Shown here: piece after piece, positions 1 through 12,679 of the stretch
Layout: each line of letters starts with the position of its first letter
How positions within the stretch are numbered: the stretch's first letter is position 1
Source: Felis catus
Taxonomy: Eukaryota
NCBI RefSeq assembly: GCF_018350175.1
Contig: NC_058383.1
Span: 930,001-994,000 of the forward strand
Length of the DNA: 64,000 nucleotides
Reading direction: 5' to 3'
Program-made: the position numbers and the translations under genes
The notes under the pieces: generated by a model
Database searches by the model: none
What the model was told of the DNA's origin: nothing
The model's input: only the letters and a program-made list of their open reading frames with translations

Positions 1-80
1 ACCCATCTATTCATTCATCCATCATCCATCATCTCTCCACCCATCCATCCATCCGCCTATCCACCCATCATCCATCTCTG
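1..80. repeat. (CCAT)n-type degenerate simple repeat
   Basis: Runs of ccat/catc, e.g. ccatccatccatcc, over the first ~80 bp. Confidence 0.85.
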
Positions 81-104
81 TCTTCCCCCCATGGGATCTT
101 CTAT

Positions 105-557
105 AACATGACTGACATCCCTCCTACCTCCCACTGAGATGTGGGATCTACGTCCCCACCTCGAGTCTCAGTGGGGGCTGTGATTGCTCCATCACAGGAG
201 CAAGGATCGTTGCAAGATAGACTTCTCCGGCTGAGTCCGAAAAGGATGTAGCTTCCACCTGGTGCCCTCTCTGTCTCTGCCTCCGTCTCTCTCTCCCTCC
301 TCGGGAACCTGAGCTTCCAGGCACCAAGCCTGGCCCCCAGCCACCACGGTGCAGAGACCACATGGAGAGGGCCCGGAGACAGTGACGCCCCAGCTGCCAC
401 AGAGGCCTCCCGGCTCAGGCGCCGGCCATGTCCGTGCAAGTGAGGAGCCTCAGGTGCGGCGGCCGACCCTAGAGACATAAGAATCGGAACCATAAAATGC
501 TGTTGCTTGAAGGTAAATCTGGGACGGCCTGCAGTCTGGCAAGAGCTGACTGGCATA
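105..557 (+). mobile_element. Degenerate MLT1 (ERVL-MaLR) solo LTR
   Basis: MLT1-like motifs cctcccactgagatgtgggatcta, ccacatggagaggg and a cataaaatgctgttgcttgaagg 3' end, recognised from memory of the consensus. Confidence 0.55.
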
Positions 558-562
558 GCGAT

Positions 563-780
563 GGGAGAAAGAGAAGGAGAGAGAGAAAAGGAGGGGGGGA
601 GGGGGAAGGGGAGGGGAGGGGGGAGGGAGGAGGGGGAGGGGGAGAGGAGGAAGGTGGAGGGAGGAGGAGGAGGGGGAGAGGAGGGTGGAGGGAGAAGGAG
701 GGAAGGGGGAGGGGGAGAGGAGGAAGGAGGGGAGAGGGAGGAGGGAGGAGGGGAGAGGAGAATAGAGGCCTGGAGGAGCA
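563..780. repeat. Polypurine G/GA-rich low-complexity tract
   Basis: About 200 bp almost entirely G and A, with many G3-G7 runs. Confidence 0.9.
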
Positions 781-2341
781 GGGGCCACAGGGCTGCGTGC
801 CTCAGGAGACCACGGCCCCGGGCAGACACCTGCAGCCTAGCGCTGGGTCCCAGGGGCTGGAAGGCCCCTAGGCCTGGCCTGAGCCCTCCTCCCAGCCCCC
901 TCATTCACAGGGACCCTCCTGTCCCCAGGGGGGTGTCCTCTGAGGGGGGCTCCTACTACCCCCAGATCACAGTTTGTGGGTGCGGCGAGCCCCTTGCCAC
1001 CCATCACGGACTCCCCTGTGGTGCCAGGCACTGGGCGTGCACCTGCTCTGCGCTGCTCCGACGTGTACGGGGGAGCTGGCACGGGGGCGGTGGCGGGCAG
1101 CTGAGGCTCCCCTTCTCTGAGCCCCTGAGCCCCCAGCCTGGCCGTCAGGTCAGGAAGACCTGGGGCCTCAGGCATGCACAGCCCTGGTCCTATCTGCAGT
1201 TCCTGGAGCGTGGGGAAAACTGCACGCGGTCCCCCCTAGGTGGCCCTCTTCAGGCGCTGCGGTGTCGCCACTGTCCGGCAGGGGCCGCCACGCCACCACA
1301 TTCTGTCCCGTGGTGCCGCTGGCCCTGCAGGCCAACGGGAGGAAGGGAGACCTGGTTTCCTCCGAGTGGTAGGCCTCCACCCCTGCCCCATTACTGGGCT
1401 TTTGTAATTCGGGGGCACAGTCGCCCAGCCCCACGGACCAACCCTGAAAGCCCCAAGTGGCAGCCGGCCCAGCCCCCACACCCGTCCCGGACCCCCTGTC
1501 CTCCCAACACCGCCCGCCCACCTGAGCCTCCTGGGCCCCACACCTGCAGCCCCAAGCTTCCAGCCTTGACTTCGCCGCCCCCCCCCCCCAGGACCCACAA
1601 GCCGGGTGTCCCCCAGGAAGCACAGGGCTGTCCTCTGCTGGGCAGGGTGGTAGTCGATGAAATCCCAAACTGGAAGGTGGCAAGCAGAACGCTGGCCCGG
1701 GAGCTCTTTCCCCAGAACTCCCCCCGCCAGTGTCATGGCGGAGCACAGCGGTCAGGGTGGTGGGATCATCTCTGCCGATACATCTCCCGCCTCACGATCC
1801 CTGTGCCCCTTCTAAGTAACTTCCTGTCCCACCTCCTTCCCCTCCTCCGGTGACCTGTCCGGGACATGCCGTGGCCGAGACAGCACGACCAGGCTCCGGG
1901 GTCCCGGGAATTCAGGTGCAGTGCCGGCCCCGGGGGCCATGGGCATACGCCCCTCCTCCTGTCCCCTGACCGCTCTGCGTGGGCTCCCCCTGGAGATGCA
2001 CCTGGGCTTCCTCAGAGCTCAGCTGCCTCTAAAGGTCCCAGATGGAGGGGCGGGGACAGAGACGCACCCCACTCCCAAGGCGGAGAGGGTGCAGAGTGTC
2101 CTAGGATCTGAAGTGGCCACGCCACTCTGGGGTTCCACTGGACTGAGGGCAAGACAGGCTGGTCCGAGCCCTGAGACAGCCTGGAACTGGGGCAGGCTCG
2201 GGAACGAGGCGCTCTCCCGCCCTCTCCCCTGCAGCCCTCCCCACAGGGCTCAGCAATAAATCCATAGCTTCCCAGAGACTGGTGGCTGCCTTCCGACTTC
2301 AGGGAGAAGAAGGGTGATGACAGGAGACCAAGCAGGTACTG

Positions 2342-2437
2342 GGGCGCCCGGCTGGCTCAGGCAGGAGACTGTGTGCCTCTCAGTCTCAGGGTCGTGAGCT
2401 CAAGCCCCATGCTGGGCATGGAACTTACCCAAAGAAA
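2342..2437 (+). mobile_element. Short old tRNA-derived carnivore SINE (SINEC-type)
   Basis: ggggcgcccggctggctcag head, gtcgtgagctcaagccccatgctggg B-box region, short A-rich end. Confidence 0.7.
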
Positions 2438-3638
2438 GCACTCCAGTGAGAGATGTTCACACAACTTTGTGAACTGTACTCTTCCAAAAGTGAATTTGTG
2501 GGATGCCGGTTCTATCCCAATAAAAATTTTTAAAAAAGGAACCAAACGGGCAAGAGGACTTGCTTTACAGTGACATTCTGTTTTCCTGGGCATTGGCAGC
2601 CAACCTCAGCGCTGCTGGAGCGTCCTCGGGGAGCACCCACAAAGTCACCTGCTCCCGTGTCGTCACTGGGCACTGCCCGCCCCGCCGTCTGCTGAGGGTA
2701 CGCAGGCCCCCCTGAGACTGCAGCGGGGACGCAGGCCTGGCCTGGAAGAATCAGGGATGTCCACCCAGACGAGGGAAGGGGTCCAGGCCAGGGGCAGGGG
2801 ACAGGGCGCCCTTGGGCCCAGGGAATGGTCCACATGACACGAGAGTGTAAGTGCCTGAGCCATGACAGAGGGGCTCCCGAGAAGTGGCTGGGCACACTTC
2901 CTCCGCCAGGAGACGGCTCCCCCCGGCCACAGCCCATCCCGGTGACCATCGATCAGAGATCAGAGCTGAGAGGCTGCAGACCGGACGTCAGTCCCTCCTC
3001 TCGGAGTGCAGAAGCCACTTCAGCTGGGCCCGCGTCTGTCTCAGGGTGGCCGCTCTCCTGCTGGAGCTGCCGCTGGGTCCTGTGCAGGGCCTGCCGGCCG
3101 GCTGGACACCAAACATCTCACCCGACCTCTCAGCTCTGTGCCTGCCCAGTGGGGCCTGGAGGGCTCCCTCCGGCCTACGGCCCCCACCTGATGGGGCGGC
3201 TCCAGGAGCTGACTCTGCGGTCACAGGAGCTGCCCGGGAGCCTGCACGGAACCAGAACTGCCCCGTCCTCTGCAGGCCTGGGAGAGGCCGTGGGCACAGC
3301 GCACAGGGAGACGCGCCAGTCCTGACTACAGGACGCCGGACAAGGTGGTCAGGCCGCCCAGGGAGACAGGCCTGTTCCAGGAAGAAGAAAGAGGCAACTG
3401 GACGAGAGGTGGGAGGGTGCTCACTGGGGAGGGGACAAGAGTCCTGAGGCCTGCTGCCCTGGTTAAGAAGTCGGCATGGCTTTCGGGTGGCAGGCGGCGT
3501 GCACGCAGGCCGGACCCACCCCACCTGCCTTCACGGCTCTGGGTCCCATTGGTCCAGCAGCAGGAAGGACCTGTCCGCCCCGACCTTGAACACCCCCAGA
3601 CCTGCCCTCCACACGGGCCAGCGGAGGGGTGTTTTAAA

Positions 3639-3851
3639 TTTTTTTTTTCAACGTTTATTTATTTTTGGGACAGAGAGAGACAGAGCATGAACGGGCGAGG
3701 GGCAGAGAGAGACGGAGACACAGAATCGGAAACAGGCTCCAGGCTCCGAGCCATCAGCCCAGAGCCCGACGCGGGGCTCGAACTCACGGACTGCGAGATC
3801 ATGACCTGGCTGAAGTCGGACGCTTAACCAACTGCGCCACCCAGGCGCCCT
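3639..3851 (-). mobile_element. Young feliform CAN SINE (SINEC_Fc) with perfect 18-bp TSD
   Basis: Full head, CT-rich region and A-tail on the minus strand. TSD gcggaggggtgttttaaa at 3621-3638 and 3852-3869. Confidence 0.95.
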
Positions 3852-3880
3852 GCGGAGGGGTGTTTTAAAGCAGAACCACA

Positions 3881-4106
3881 GGGGCGCGTGGGGGGATCGG
3901 TCAGTTGGGCGTCCGACTCCTGATTCCAGCTCCGGTCGTGATCTCATGGTCGCTAAGTTCAAGCCCCACATCGGGCTCTGCACTGACAGCGAGGGGCCCG
4001 CTTGGGATTCTCTGTCTCCTTCTGTCTCTGCCCCCCACCCCCGCTTGCTGTCTCTTTCTCTCTCTCAAAACAAATAAACATTAATAAAAAAAAAAAAAAA
4101 AAAAAA
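3881..4106 (+). mobile_element. CAN SINE (older SINEC_Fc2-like)
   Basis: ggggcgc head, CT-rich region, aataaa and poly-A tail. Confidence 0.92.
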
Positions 4107-5439
4107 GGCAGTGCCACCACACCCGCACAGAAGCTCCCAGGCTTCCGCCTTCCCGAGCGCCGGACAAACCCCACACAACAGTGGTTCCGGGCTCCCTAAC
4201 GCCTTGGGACGCCCCGGAGAACGTGGCAGGTGCAGCCACATGGTGTGTCCCCTAATGAAAGCTGGTGGATGACGTCCTTCCAGGCCACCGGGCCACCAGC
4301 AGGAGGGCCGTGACAGCCCAAGCTGATGACCAACACCTGACGCCAGGCCTGGACTCTTCTCCCCAGGAGGTGTCCCTTCCCCCACAAAGCTCTGTGTGCG
4401 GCAGGTGTGAATTTGGTTCCATTCTTCCCAAAGACTAGAGATTCACAATTTTCCTCATAGAACTATGAGAGTCACTTCTGTGGATTAATAGAAAGTTCTT
4501 CACTGCCTCTTGCAGTCATAAAATCCCTGACTTTTCACCCGTAAATAATCTCACTCAAAGACTGAATCCAAATGCCAGGTGGGTGGGATGACGAGCACTG
4601 AACTCTGGTTCCCGGTAGAGACCAGCAGGAGGCAGGCAGCACAGACAGGAAGGGGCTCTCGTTTGGGGAGGCATCTGAGGGCTGGCTCTGTGACGGTGTT
4701 CCCGCCTTCCTACGGGGGGACCGGAGCAGACCGCCACACCTCCCCTCCAAGACTCCATCAAGTGACCACTGGGGACATCAGGCCAGCCCTGTGTGCTTCG
4801 CGGAACTGGATCTCAACCCAAAACCAGCACAGTTTTACCAGGAAAAATAAACCGGGCAGTATTCATGCACGATATAAAATTACAACCACAAGCACGTAAT
4901 TTATAGGTTATATAAAATTACGGTCAAACACAAGCAGTTTTAAACTAACAACTGTTTCTATAAAAACGATACACGCTTGTTATAAAATACAGCCATAAAG
5001 AAAAATACTTGGAGGAAAGCCACATAGGTCCGTCCGGACGTGCCCGCCACATGGACGTGCACTGTGAACACTCACCGTATGGGATCCCAGACCTCTCTCG
5101 CGTCTACATCGAATCCGGAAACGTCTAGAGAGACGCTTTACGGGAAGAGGGGTCATGTCATACGTGCAAAGGCCAGTTCTGACCTTCTGATCCCGTTTAT
5201 TAAGCCATACTCATTCTCTGTCGTCACCAGCGAGAGTGGCTGCAAATCCAGTAACAACCAGTAACAAAGACCTCAGAAAAATACGGGATTCCAGCAGCCC
5301 TGAGCAAGTTCCACCTGTGATGGGGTCACTGCAGGGGAGACAGACCCCACAGCTGCCCAAAAGCACATCCTCTGGGCACGGGCCTGCGAGAGCTTCCCAC
5401 CAGCCAGCTGCTCGGCCCCAAGGCCTACGCGGTCCGATG

Positions 5440-5830
5440 CCCCATCCCCAGCTCGACCCCGTGAATCCGACTTTCTGGGTGTGATTAGGGTAAGGAGGTT
5501 GAGCAGGCAGGCGACCCTGGATTATTTGGGTCAGCATTGTCATCAGGAGGGTCCCTGTAAGGAGGCAGGAGGGTCAGAGTCAGGGAGAAGACGGGAGAGG
5601 GGGGAAGGTCAGGGCAGAGAGAAGGCGCCGCCCTCAAGGACGGGCCCGGGCCAAGAATGCCAGCGCCTCTAGAAGCTGGAAAGACAAGGAGACGGACTCT
5701 CGCCAGACCCCCGGAAGAAATGCGGCCCTATGGGCCCACCTACACTTCTGACCTGCGGACGGTCAGAGCATAAACATAAACCTGTATTGTTTAAGCCACT
5801 GGGTCTGCGGTGACTTACGTGAGCACAGGA
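5440..5830 (+). mobile_element. MLT1 (MLT1D-like) LTR
   Basis: Typical motifs ctggattatttggg, gcctctagaagctggaaagacaagga and tgtattgtttaagccact. Confidence 0.75.
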
Positions 5831-6432
5831 CGCTTCGTGGAGGGGAGTCTGTCCTGCTCGTGACGGTGGGAGGGACAGGGCCAGCGGGGCGGAGGGAACC
5901 GCAGGGCTGCGTCCCGAGCGCTTCCGGACACGATCGTGCGGCTGAGGCCACGGGCACATCCAGCGCGCCCACCCAAGGGGCCGGAGGGAGGCAGACCGGG
6001 GAAGGGCTCATCTTCGGGGAAGGCGGCTGTGGGCCTAGGCCTCACCACGGTAGTCGGGGAAAGCCGTCTCCTGCATGAGGACACTTGGAAAACATCCTGG
6101 AGGTCACCCGTGGGCACCTTTGAATATGGGTGGTGGCTTTTCGTGACAAGTGCCTAGGTGGCTTTGCTCAAGTGGACACATGTCCGGCACGGACGTGTGC
6201 CACGTGGCTAGCGACTCTGATCTGGGAAGTCCAAGGCGATGCCGACTGCTGCTCCTTCGAAGAGAGCTGGGCTCTCTCCCCACACTTCCTCTCCCCGGGG
6301 CCGACACCACTGAGTCACGTCACCTGCTGCGAAATCCACCGAATGCGTTTCAGAGCGAGAATTTTCTCGATCACGTACAGGTAGACTACACAGAATCTGA
6401 TGCAACATACTTTCTTCATTTTGAAATAATGT

Positions 6433-6561
6433 AATCTGAAGCAGGTTCCAGGCTCTGAGCTGTCAGCACAGAGCCGGACACAGGGCCCGAACTCACAAAC
6501 CGTGAGATCGTGACCCGAGCTGAAGTCGGACACTTAACCGACTGAGCCACGAGGGCGCCCC
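6433..6561 (-). mobile_element. Truncated CAN SINE (head only) within an old L1 3'-end fragment
   Basis: SINE head and body present, CT region and tail absent. Flanks ttttgaaataat and aaaatttgcaaaaacaggacaaga resemble an L1M 3' end. Confidence 0.8.
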
Positions 6562-7116
6562 TAGAACTTCCAAAAATTTGCAAAAACAGGACAAGAGTTC
6601 ATACGTCCAGCTTCCCCAAACTACATCTTACGTAATCATAGAACAAGAATCCAAGCGTCCTGTGGGTCGCCAGGTCTCCCGGGCTGCCTGCCACCATCCG
6701 CCCTGACCCAGGGCCCGCGTGGCAGTCAGTCTCCTTGGACCCCTCCTCAGTTTTTATCTTTCAGGACCCTGGTGCTCCCAAAGCACCTGGTCCTCACTCT
6801 GCAGAACGTGTTCAGTTTGGCGTTGGCTCAATGGAGAGGTTACCATTTCTGGTAAGAAAACCCCAGAAGGATGTGGTCTTCTCGGGGCATCAGATGGGGG
6901 CAGCAGCCGTGGGCAGGTCACCAAGTGGTGACCACGCGCCTAAAGTGACCACACTGACCCTATGGCTCCCTTTGTAAGTGCTGGGCGCCCTGAGGGGAGG
7001 CCCCCGGGCATCCCATCTGCACCCCTTGCCGCTGTGGAGGGACTGCTGTCCCCAGTGCCACTACGGGCACTGTCCCTCCCTCCCTGACACATTTATTCCA
7101 TTAATTATGAAAATTG

Positions 7117-7303
7117 TTTCAATGTTTATTTTTGACAGGGAGTGAGTGAGCCAGGGAGGGGCAGAGAACGAGAGGGAGAGAATCCTAACAGGATCCAGGC
7201 CATCGGCACAGAGCCCGACGTGGGGCTCAATCCCACGACCGAGAGGTCATGACCTGGACCGAAACCAAGAGTCGGTTTGCGCGACTGAGCCCCCCAGGCG
7301 CCC
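7117..7303 (-). mobile_element. CAN SINE
   Basis: aatgtttatttttga tail through gactgagccccccaggcgccc head. Confidence 0.88.
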
Positions 7304-9098
7304 TCCGTTAATTATTTATGAGTGTGGACTCCTGGACAGTCATTTGTTCTGAGGACCACAACCCACTACAATATTGTGTTGTTCCAACTGGCCCATGTGT
7401 GGCTCCGTGGCGTGGCTGTGCCCCCTCGTTCTTCCGGGAATCCCTTACTTTCGGACACAAAATGGTCCAGGCTCGGCGTGGACTTTCAGGCACTGGCCAC
7501 AGCATCAGCTGTCCCCCCCAGGAGCCTGGTTCCTGCTGCCGGTGTCGCGGCTCCAGGACCCGGGTGCTCAGAGCTGGCCGGCACACGTGTGTGGACACAC
7601 GCACGCAGCCGAGTCTCTCTCTGTGCGGCCAACTACACCCATGACACCAGCAGGACCCAGTCCACGCTCTCCCGCTCCCCAGCGTGAGCTCCCTTTCAGA
7701 GCTGGGGAGGGTGAACCACTGCCCAGAGGACACAGCCTGTCTCCTCGTCCCCAGCGCCGGGCTGACCTCTGCTGTCCACTGCGGCCACGCTCTGCCCCAG
7801 CCGTGCGCCGCTCAGAACCCCCTCCCCCCGCCACCTGGCTGGGCCACCACCGCGGCTTCACTGCGCACGCGAAACGGGCAGACGGCTGGGACTCTGAGCC
7901 ACACCACACGCTGCTGACCGTTCTCAGCATCCGGTTTGTCCTTCCTCGATTTCGTGTTTGCACAAACCCACAGACGCTTCCAGCTTCCTGCGCCTTTCTT
8001 GTTAACGATACCATAGATGCTTCTGGAGGCTGCCTTTCTCATGGAGTCAGTCACCCCGTGTCAGCGCAGACCTCCCCAACCCGCGCCCCGCCTGCACCCG
8101 CCCGCGGCTGCAGTGAGCCGTGTGGACCGGCCTCAGGTCACTGAAGGCTCGCAAGTGTGGGCATTTGCATGGCCTCAGTGATCTGTACGGCAAATACCCT
8201 TGCGCGGATATAACTGGACTCTCGTGACTTGATTTTCGGCTTGGCGGTAAAAGCCAAGACACTTCATAAACTAGACACGGACACAAAAGACCTGTACGAC
8301 TCCAGCGGAGGGCAGACCCAGTATTCCGCGGAAACTGCAGAAGGGAGCCGGTGGTGCCCAACCAGTGATGCAGGAGGAGGTCAAGAGTGAGCCCCGAGGA
8401 CGAGGACTCACGTGGGAGGGACCTGCTTCAGGGTCTGAGCAAGAGGCACCATGCCACCGAAGGACGGAAAACAGGGGCCTCGAGGCAGAGGACTGGACGC
8501 GAAGACGCCTCTTACCAGCCACGGCCAAGGCGGGGGTGGAGGTGACTTCTGGGAGCCCAGACCCGGGTCACAGCTGGCTGTCCCCACCGGGGTCGCTGTC
8601 CACGTGGGACGTGCCCAGGATCGTCCGACTGCCGTCTTCCATTAGCCACGTGAGGACAAAAGCCAGCTGGCTGGCCGGGAGCCAGGGAAGGCAGTGCTGG
8701 GCCCAGACCCCCACACACTCAGCACCCGGTTCGTGGATCTGAACCCCGGCCACATCAGAACCGGCCCAGTGTCCCGGCTCGGCATCTGGGTACGCGTGGG
8801 GTCTGACCGCGGGCAAACTGGTACCTTCCTGGACGTTGCCGCTGTGGGCCTGGTCGGTGAGACAGGACACCACAAGACCCTGCCCTGATGTGTGCTCAGA
8901 GGCCCTGGAAGCCAGTGCCGATGGCGCGTGCACATGGGTGTTCTCACAGCGACACACCAGAAGACCACGTGTGCAAGTCAAACTACAAGAGTCCAGACTT
9001 CCAGAGTTACAATAAATGAGTTACTGAAATTAAACTGGCTTTATGTACACGCACACAGGTCCGAAAATGAGCCTCTGGTTCAAAGGTGCTGGTGATTC

Positions 9099-9314
9099 GA
9101 GGCGCCAGGGGGGCTCAGTCGGTGGGGCGTCCGACTTCGGCTCGGGTCATGATCTCACGGGTTGTGGGTTCGAGCCCCGCGTCGGGCTCTGTGCTGACAG
9201 CTCAGACCCTGGAGTCTGCTTCGGATTCTGTGTCTGCTCCTCTCTCTACCCCTCCCATGCTCATGCTCTGTCTCTCAATAATAAATAAAACGTTAAAAAA
9301 ATTAAAAAAAAAAA
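9099..9314 (+). mobile_element. CAN SINE
   Basis: Full head, CT region and poly-A. Imperfect TSD aaaggtgctggtgattc / aaagatactggtgtttc. Confidence 0.92.
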
Positions 9315-9884
9315 GATACTGGTGTTTCAGGCACTACCAGAAAAAAAACAAGTAAGTCAAATATGTCAAAAGTTAACAATCTTATTTCCAAGTTTATATT
9401 TTATATTTTGCTTAAAAAAAAAAAAAAACACGGGAAATAAATGGGCACAGAAGGAAACCATTTTGCCAGGAAATGGTTTTCGGGCAGCGTCTATGTGATG
9501 GGCTGAAACCGCTAGCATTCAGTATGTCAGTACTGAGAAGCTACGGACGGTATCACAGAGGGAGTCACCGCGTCGCGGATGCCTGCGTGTCCCCTCGCGC
9601 AGCGGGCATGACTCTGCTCTCCTTTCTCCCACCTGCCACAGGCCTCCCTAGGAACTCTCGATGTAAAGATAAAATCTAAGGCTCCTGGGAAAATGAGACC
9701 TAAAGGGGACAATCGCTTCTCAAAATAACCTGGGAGACATCAAGAGGAGGGGTTTCCGCCAAGGAGGGCGTTCCAGAAACTTCTCCTGAAGTCACAGCGC
9801 CTAACCATAAACCGTCAGTTGACAAGGTCACCCAACACGCTCCACCCTGGAAAAGCCAGCAGCCGGTGGATGGACTTCTTCCCA

Positions 9885-9969
9885 TCAGGAGTTAGTTTCT
9901 GCCCCTGGTTTTCCATCCATCAAATCTCCGAATCCCAGTTTTTCCAGGGGCTCCTGTGCCATCAGCTGC
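9885..9969 (-). CDS. COX19: COX19 coding exon 3 (RQLMAQEPLEKLGFGDLMDGKPGAETNS*)
   Basis: Acceptor ttttgttgcag|G, phase 2 matches exon 2, TGA at 9887-9885. Homologous to the recalled human C-terminus LMLQEPLEKLGFGDL. Confidence 0.95.
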
Positions 9970-10343
9970 CTGCAACAAAAACGAACAGCACTGTCCGTGC
10001 GAGGCCTGCGCATTCGCTCCCATCCCAACTGCCTGCGGCCAGTGGCACCGCTGGACCCAGGCCCCCGGGACCCCGAGGGCCTCTCTGCGCCCTCCTCCTC
10101 CCAGCTGACACCGCGCCTCTGGACTCCGGACGGACGGCCGCTGGCGGACAATGTGCGAAGCCCCTGGGGTGCCAGGTGGAGCCGGGACCCCGAAGGAAGG
10201 ACAGACCGCCGCGAGCCCCCTGCCGGGTGCCAGTCTGGGGCAGACGTGTGTCCCGTTTGAGGGCTCCCACCTCAACCCGGCCTCCAGGTCGCTGGGAAGA
10301 TGCACCGGACAGGGTGGGCGAGGACAGGACAGACTTCACTTGA

Positions 10344-10654
10344 TAGTGACCCCTGAACAAGCCACAGGTTAGGGGCACCATTCACCTGCACAGTCGAAAA
10401 TCCGTTCCTAACTCCTGACTCCCCAGAACTTAAGGACTCCAGCCCCCGCCGACCAGAAGCCTCAGCGACAACGTGCGTTTTGCGTGTCGGGTGTCTTCCG
10501 GCCGTATTCTTACCAACAGGTCAGCCGGACAAAAAAAGCTCGTTAAGATAATGGTCAGGAAGCAATACGTTTACAACACTGTCCTACACGGATCAAGAGA
10601 TCTGGGTGGTAAGTGCACCTGCCCCGTTCACATCATGTCGTCCAAGGGTCACTG
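10344..10654 (+). mobile_element. Tigger2a/MER8-like TcMar-Tigger non-autonomous DNA transposon
   Basis: Terminal inverted repeats agtgacccctgaacaa and tcgtccaagggtcactg. Internal gcacagtcgaaaatccg...gactccccagaacttaa. Confidence 0.8.
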
Positions 10655-11559
10655 CACTTGTGAGCTTCACCTGTGACTCAGAAACACTGGGACACATGGC
10701 CCACCAGCTCTGTCTCCTCTCACTGCTGCCCCAGGCCCCGTGCCCCACACGGCCCGAGCCGTGGCCCCACAGCTGGCCGGCGGCCATGTCCGCTGTGCTC
10801 CCGCTCCCTCTGTGCCCAGCCGTGTGCCAGCCCCTCACCATGTCTCTTTAAGTCAGGACCTCGAAGACTGAGATGTCCCGGAGCACCTGCTGGGCTGGAG
10901 CCGCCCCCGTCCAGCCTCTCACTGCCCACACTCCAGGGCGGGAGGGCCTGGCTTTCATTCTGCTTTCTTTTTGGGGGGAGGGGGGGCAGGGACAGGTCCA
11001 ACTCTTGGGGGCCACCTGTCCATCCTGCTTGCTGGTGGGAGCTCAGTGTCCCTGCAGGAACCAACAGGCCCGGCCGGGAAAGGGGATGCCCACCTCGCCA
11101 AGCCACCATCACTTGGCGCTGTGACCCCCCCCACACACCGCTGAGCTCACGCACCCCCCGCAAGCCCGGCAGGCCAGCACAGGCAGCCAGGGTTCAGCCG
11201 GCACGCTGGGAACCGAGGGACACCGTGAGTCACCTGGTCACCGGTCAGACGACCCACTTTCTGCGGGTTCTGTGGGGCTCCAGGCGAGCCGGCTACCCTC
11301 CTGCAGAAATACAAAACCTGGCAGATGACCTCTACCCAAGCTTCACAAGGGCTGTCCAGGCCGTCCCCACTGAGAACGAAACTAAGTGTTTAGGGTACGT
11401 GCCCTCGAGGGCTCCAGCCGCGGGGACGGGGGAGTGGGCAGGTGCCGCGGCGCTGCGTTCCCTCCACTGGTGCGCACGGCAATTTCTGTTATAAAAAGCT
11501 GGAATCCACTGAAAGGTACAAAGTCCGCTTGTAGACCAGACTGACTGTGTTATCTGTGT

Positions 11560-11990
11560 CCTTACGCGGCAAAGGGGGATGGGCTGAGGCGGAACACAGG
11601 AGCCGACCAGGTGCTGCTGAGGGGAGACCACCTCGGACTCCCCAGGCGGACTCAGCTGCAACGCGGGAACGCTTAAAATCAGAGAGCGTGCGCTGGCTTT
11701 GGTCAGAAGGACGGAGGAGGAGGACGGGCCAGAGACACGGCATCGCTGGCTTCCAGAGGGAGCAGGGCCACGAGCCGAGGGGCGTGGGCGCCTCTAGAAG
11801 CTGGAAAGGCAGAAGCAGTTCTGCACCGGAGCATCCACGAGGAGCGCGGCCCGCAGGCCCTGCGTCAGACATCTCGCTGCAGAAGTGAGTGTGCTGGGGG
11901 CACCAGGAGCACGGGGAGCAGCAGTGCTTCTCGAGACACGACAGGAAGGACCTGTGTGTTCAGCAGCAAACAGGGAGCGAGGGGGAAAAC
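11560..11990 (+). mobile_element. Degenerate MLT1 LTR
   Basis: gggccacgagccgagg...gcctctagaagctggaaaggc and a cagcagcaaacaggga end. Confidence 0.65.
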
Positions 11991-12509
11991 ACTACAAGCT
12001 AAATGAGACGTGGTTCAAGAGTCCCTTTCTACAGACGTGTGAGTCTTCACAAAATCCAGCTCTGTGGCCAGGACACAACAACAACAATCCAACGATTACC
12101 AAGTTCTAAAGCCAAAAGGATGACGTGGACGCCTCCCCTTCAGCATAAGGGGACAGTGCAGGTTTTTAGGACCTGAGGCTTTCCAAGGAGCGTGCGCCGG
12201 GCCTCCTCCAGCCCGGGCAGGAGGCCCGGATCGCACGCCAGGGTGTGTGGCACAGCCCCCGGATGCCCACCGCACGGGGCAGGAACTCAAAGTCAAAAGG
12301 TCACAGAGGCTTGAGATCGGAGATCACAGCGTACTTGCTGTTTTCTTGGCCAACAAAGTCATCCCCGATTTAACAGCTCTTCCCACGAGAGTGTGATCCA
12401 CACCCAAACCACACACACGCTTCCACGTCGAGCTGAGACGGCCCAAGTCCTCAAGAGGCAACTCTAAAATCTCACTGTGGTCCAGTTTTCTACAAAGATG
12501 CATATGGTG

Positions 12510-12679
12510 GGGGCGCCCGGTGGCTCAGTTGGTTGAGCGTCCGACTGTGGCTCAGGTCACGATCTCACGGTTCACGAGTTCGAGGTCCTCATTGGGCTGT
12601 GAGCACAGTGCCCACTTCGGATCCTCTGTCCCCTCCCTCTCTGCCTCCCTCCCACTTAAAACTAAACAAACGTTAAAAG
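12510..12679 (+). mobile_element. CAN SINE (internally shortened) in COX19 intron 2
   Basis: ggggcgcccggtggctcagttggttgagcgtccgact head. Imperfect TSD aaagatgcatatgg / aaagacgcctatgg. Confidence 0.88.

Noticed and set aside
130..175. Hairpin cccactgaga...tctcagtggg as a novel miRNA
   Set aside because: Short, interrupted stem inside a degenerate LTR; insufficient support.
507..1853. 448-aa plus-strand ORF and overlapping 267-aa minus-strand ORF
   Set aside because: Driven by the polypurine tract and high GC content, low complexity, overlaps an LTR, no recognisable domain.
1..2300. ADAP1 first exon expected by synteny
   Set aside because: No ArfGAP N-terminal sequence or dense CpG island recognised; it probably lies left of the window.
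2342..2437. tRNA gene
   Set aside because: tRNA-derived SINE head with an A-rich end and no convincing cloverleaf.
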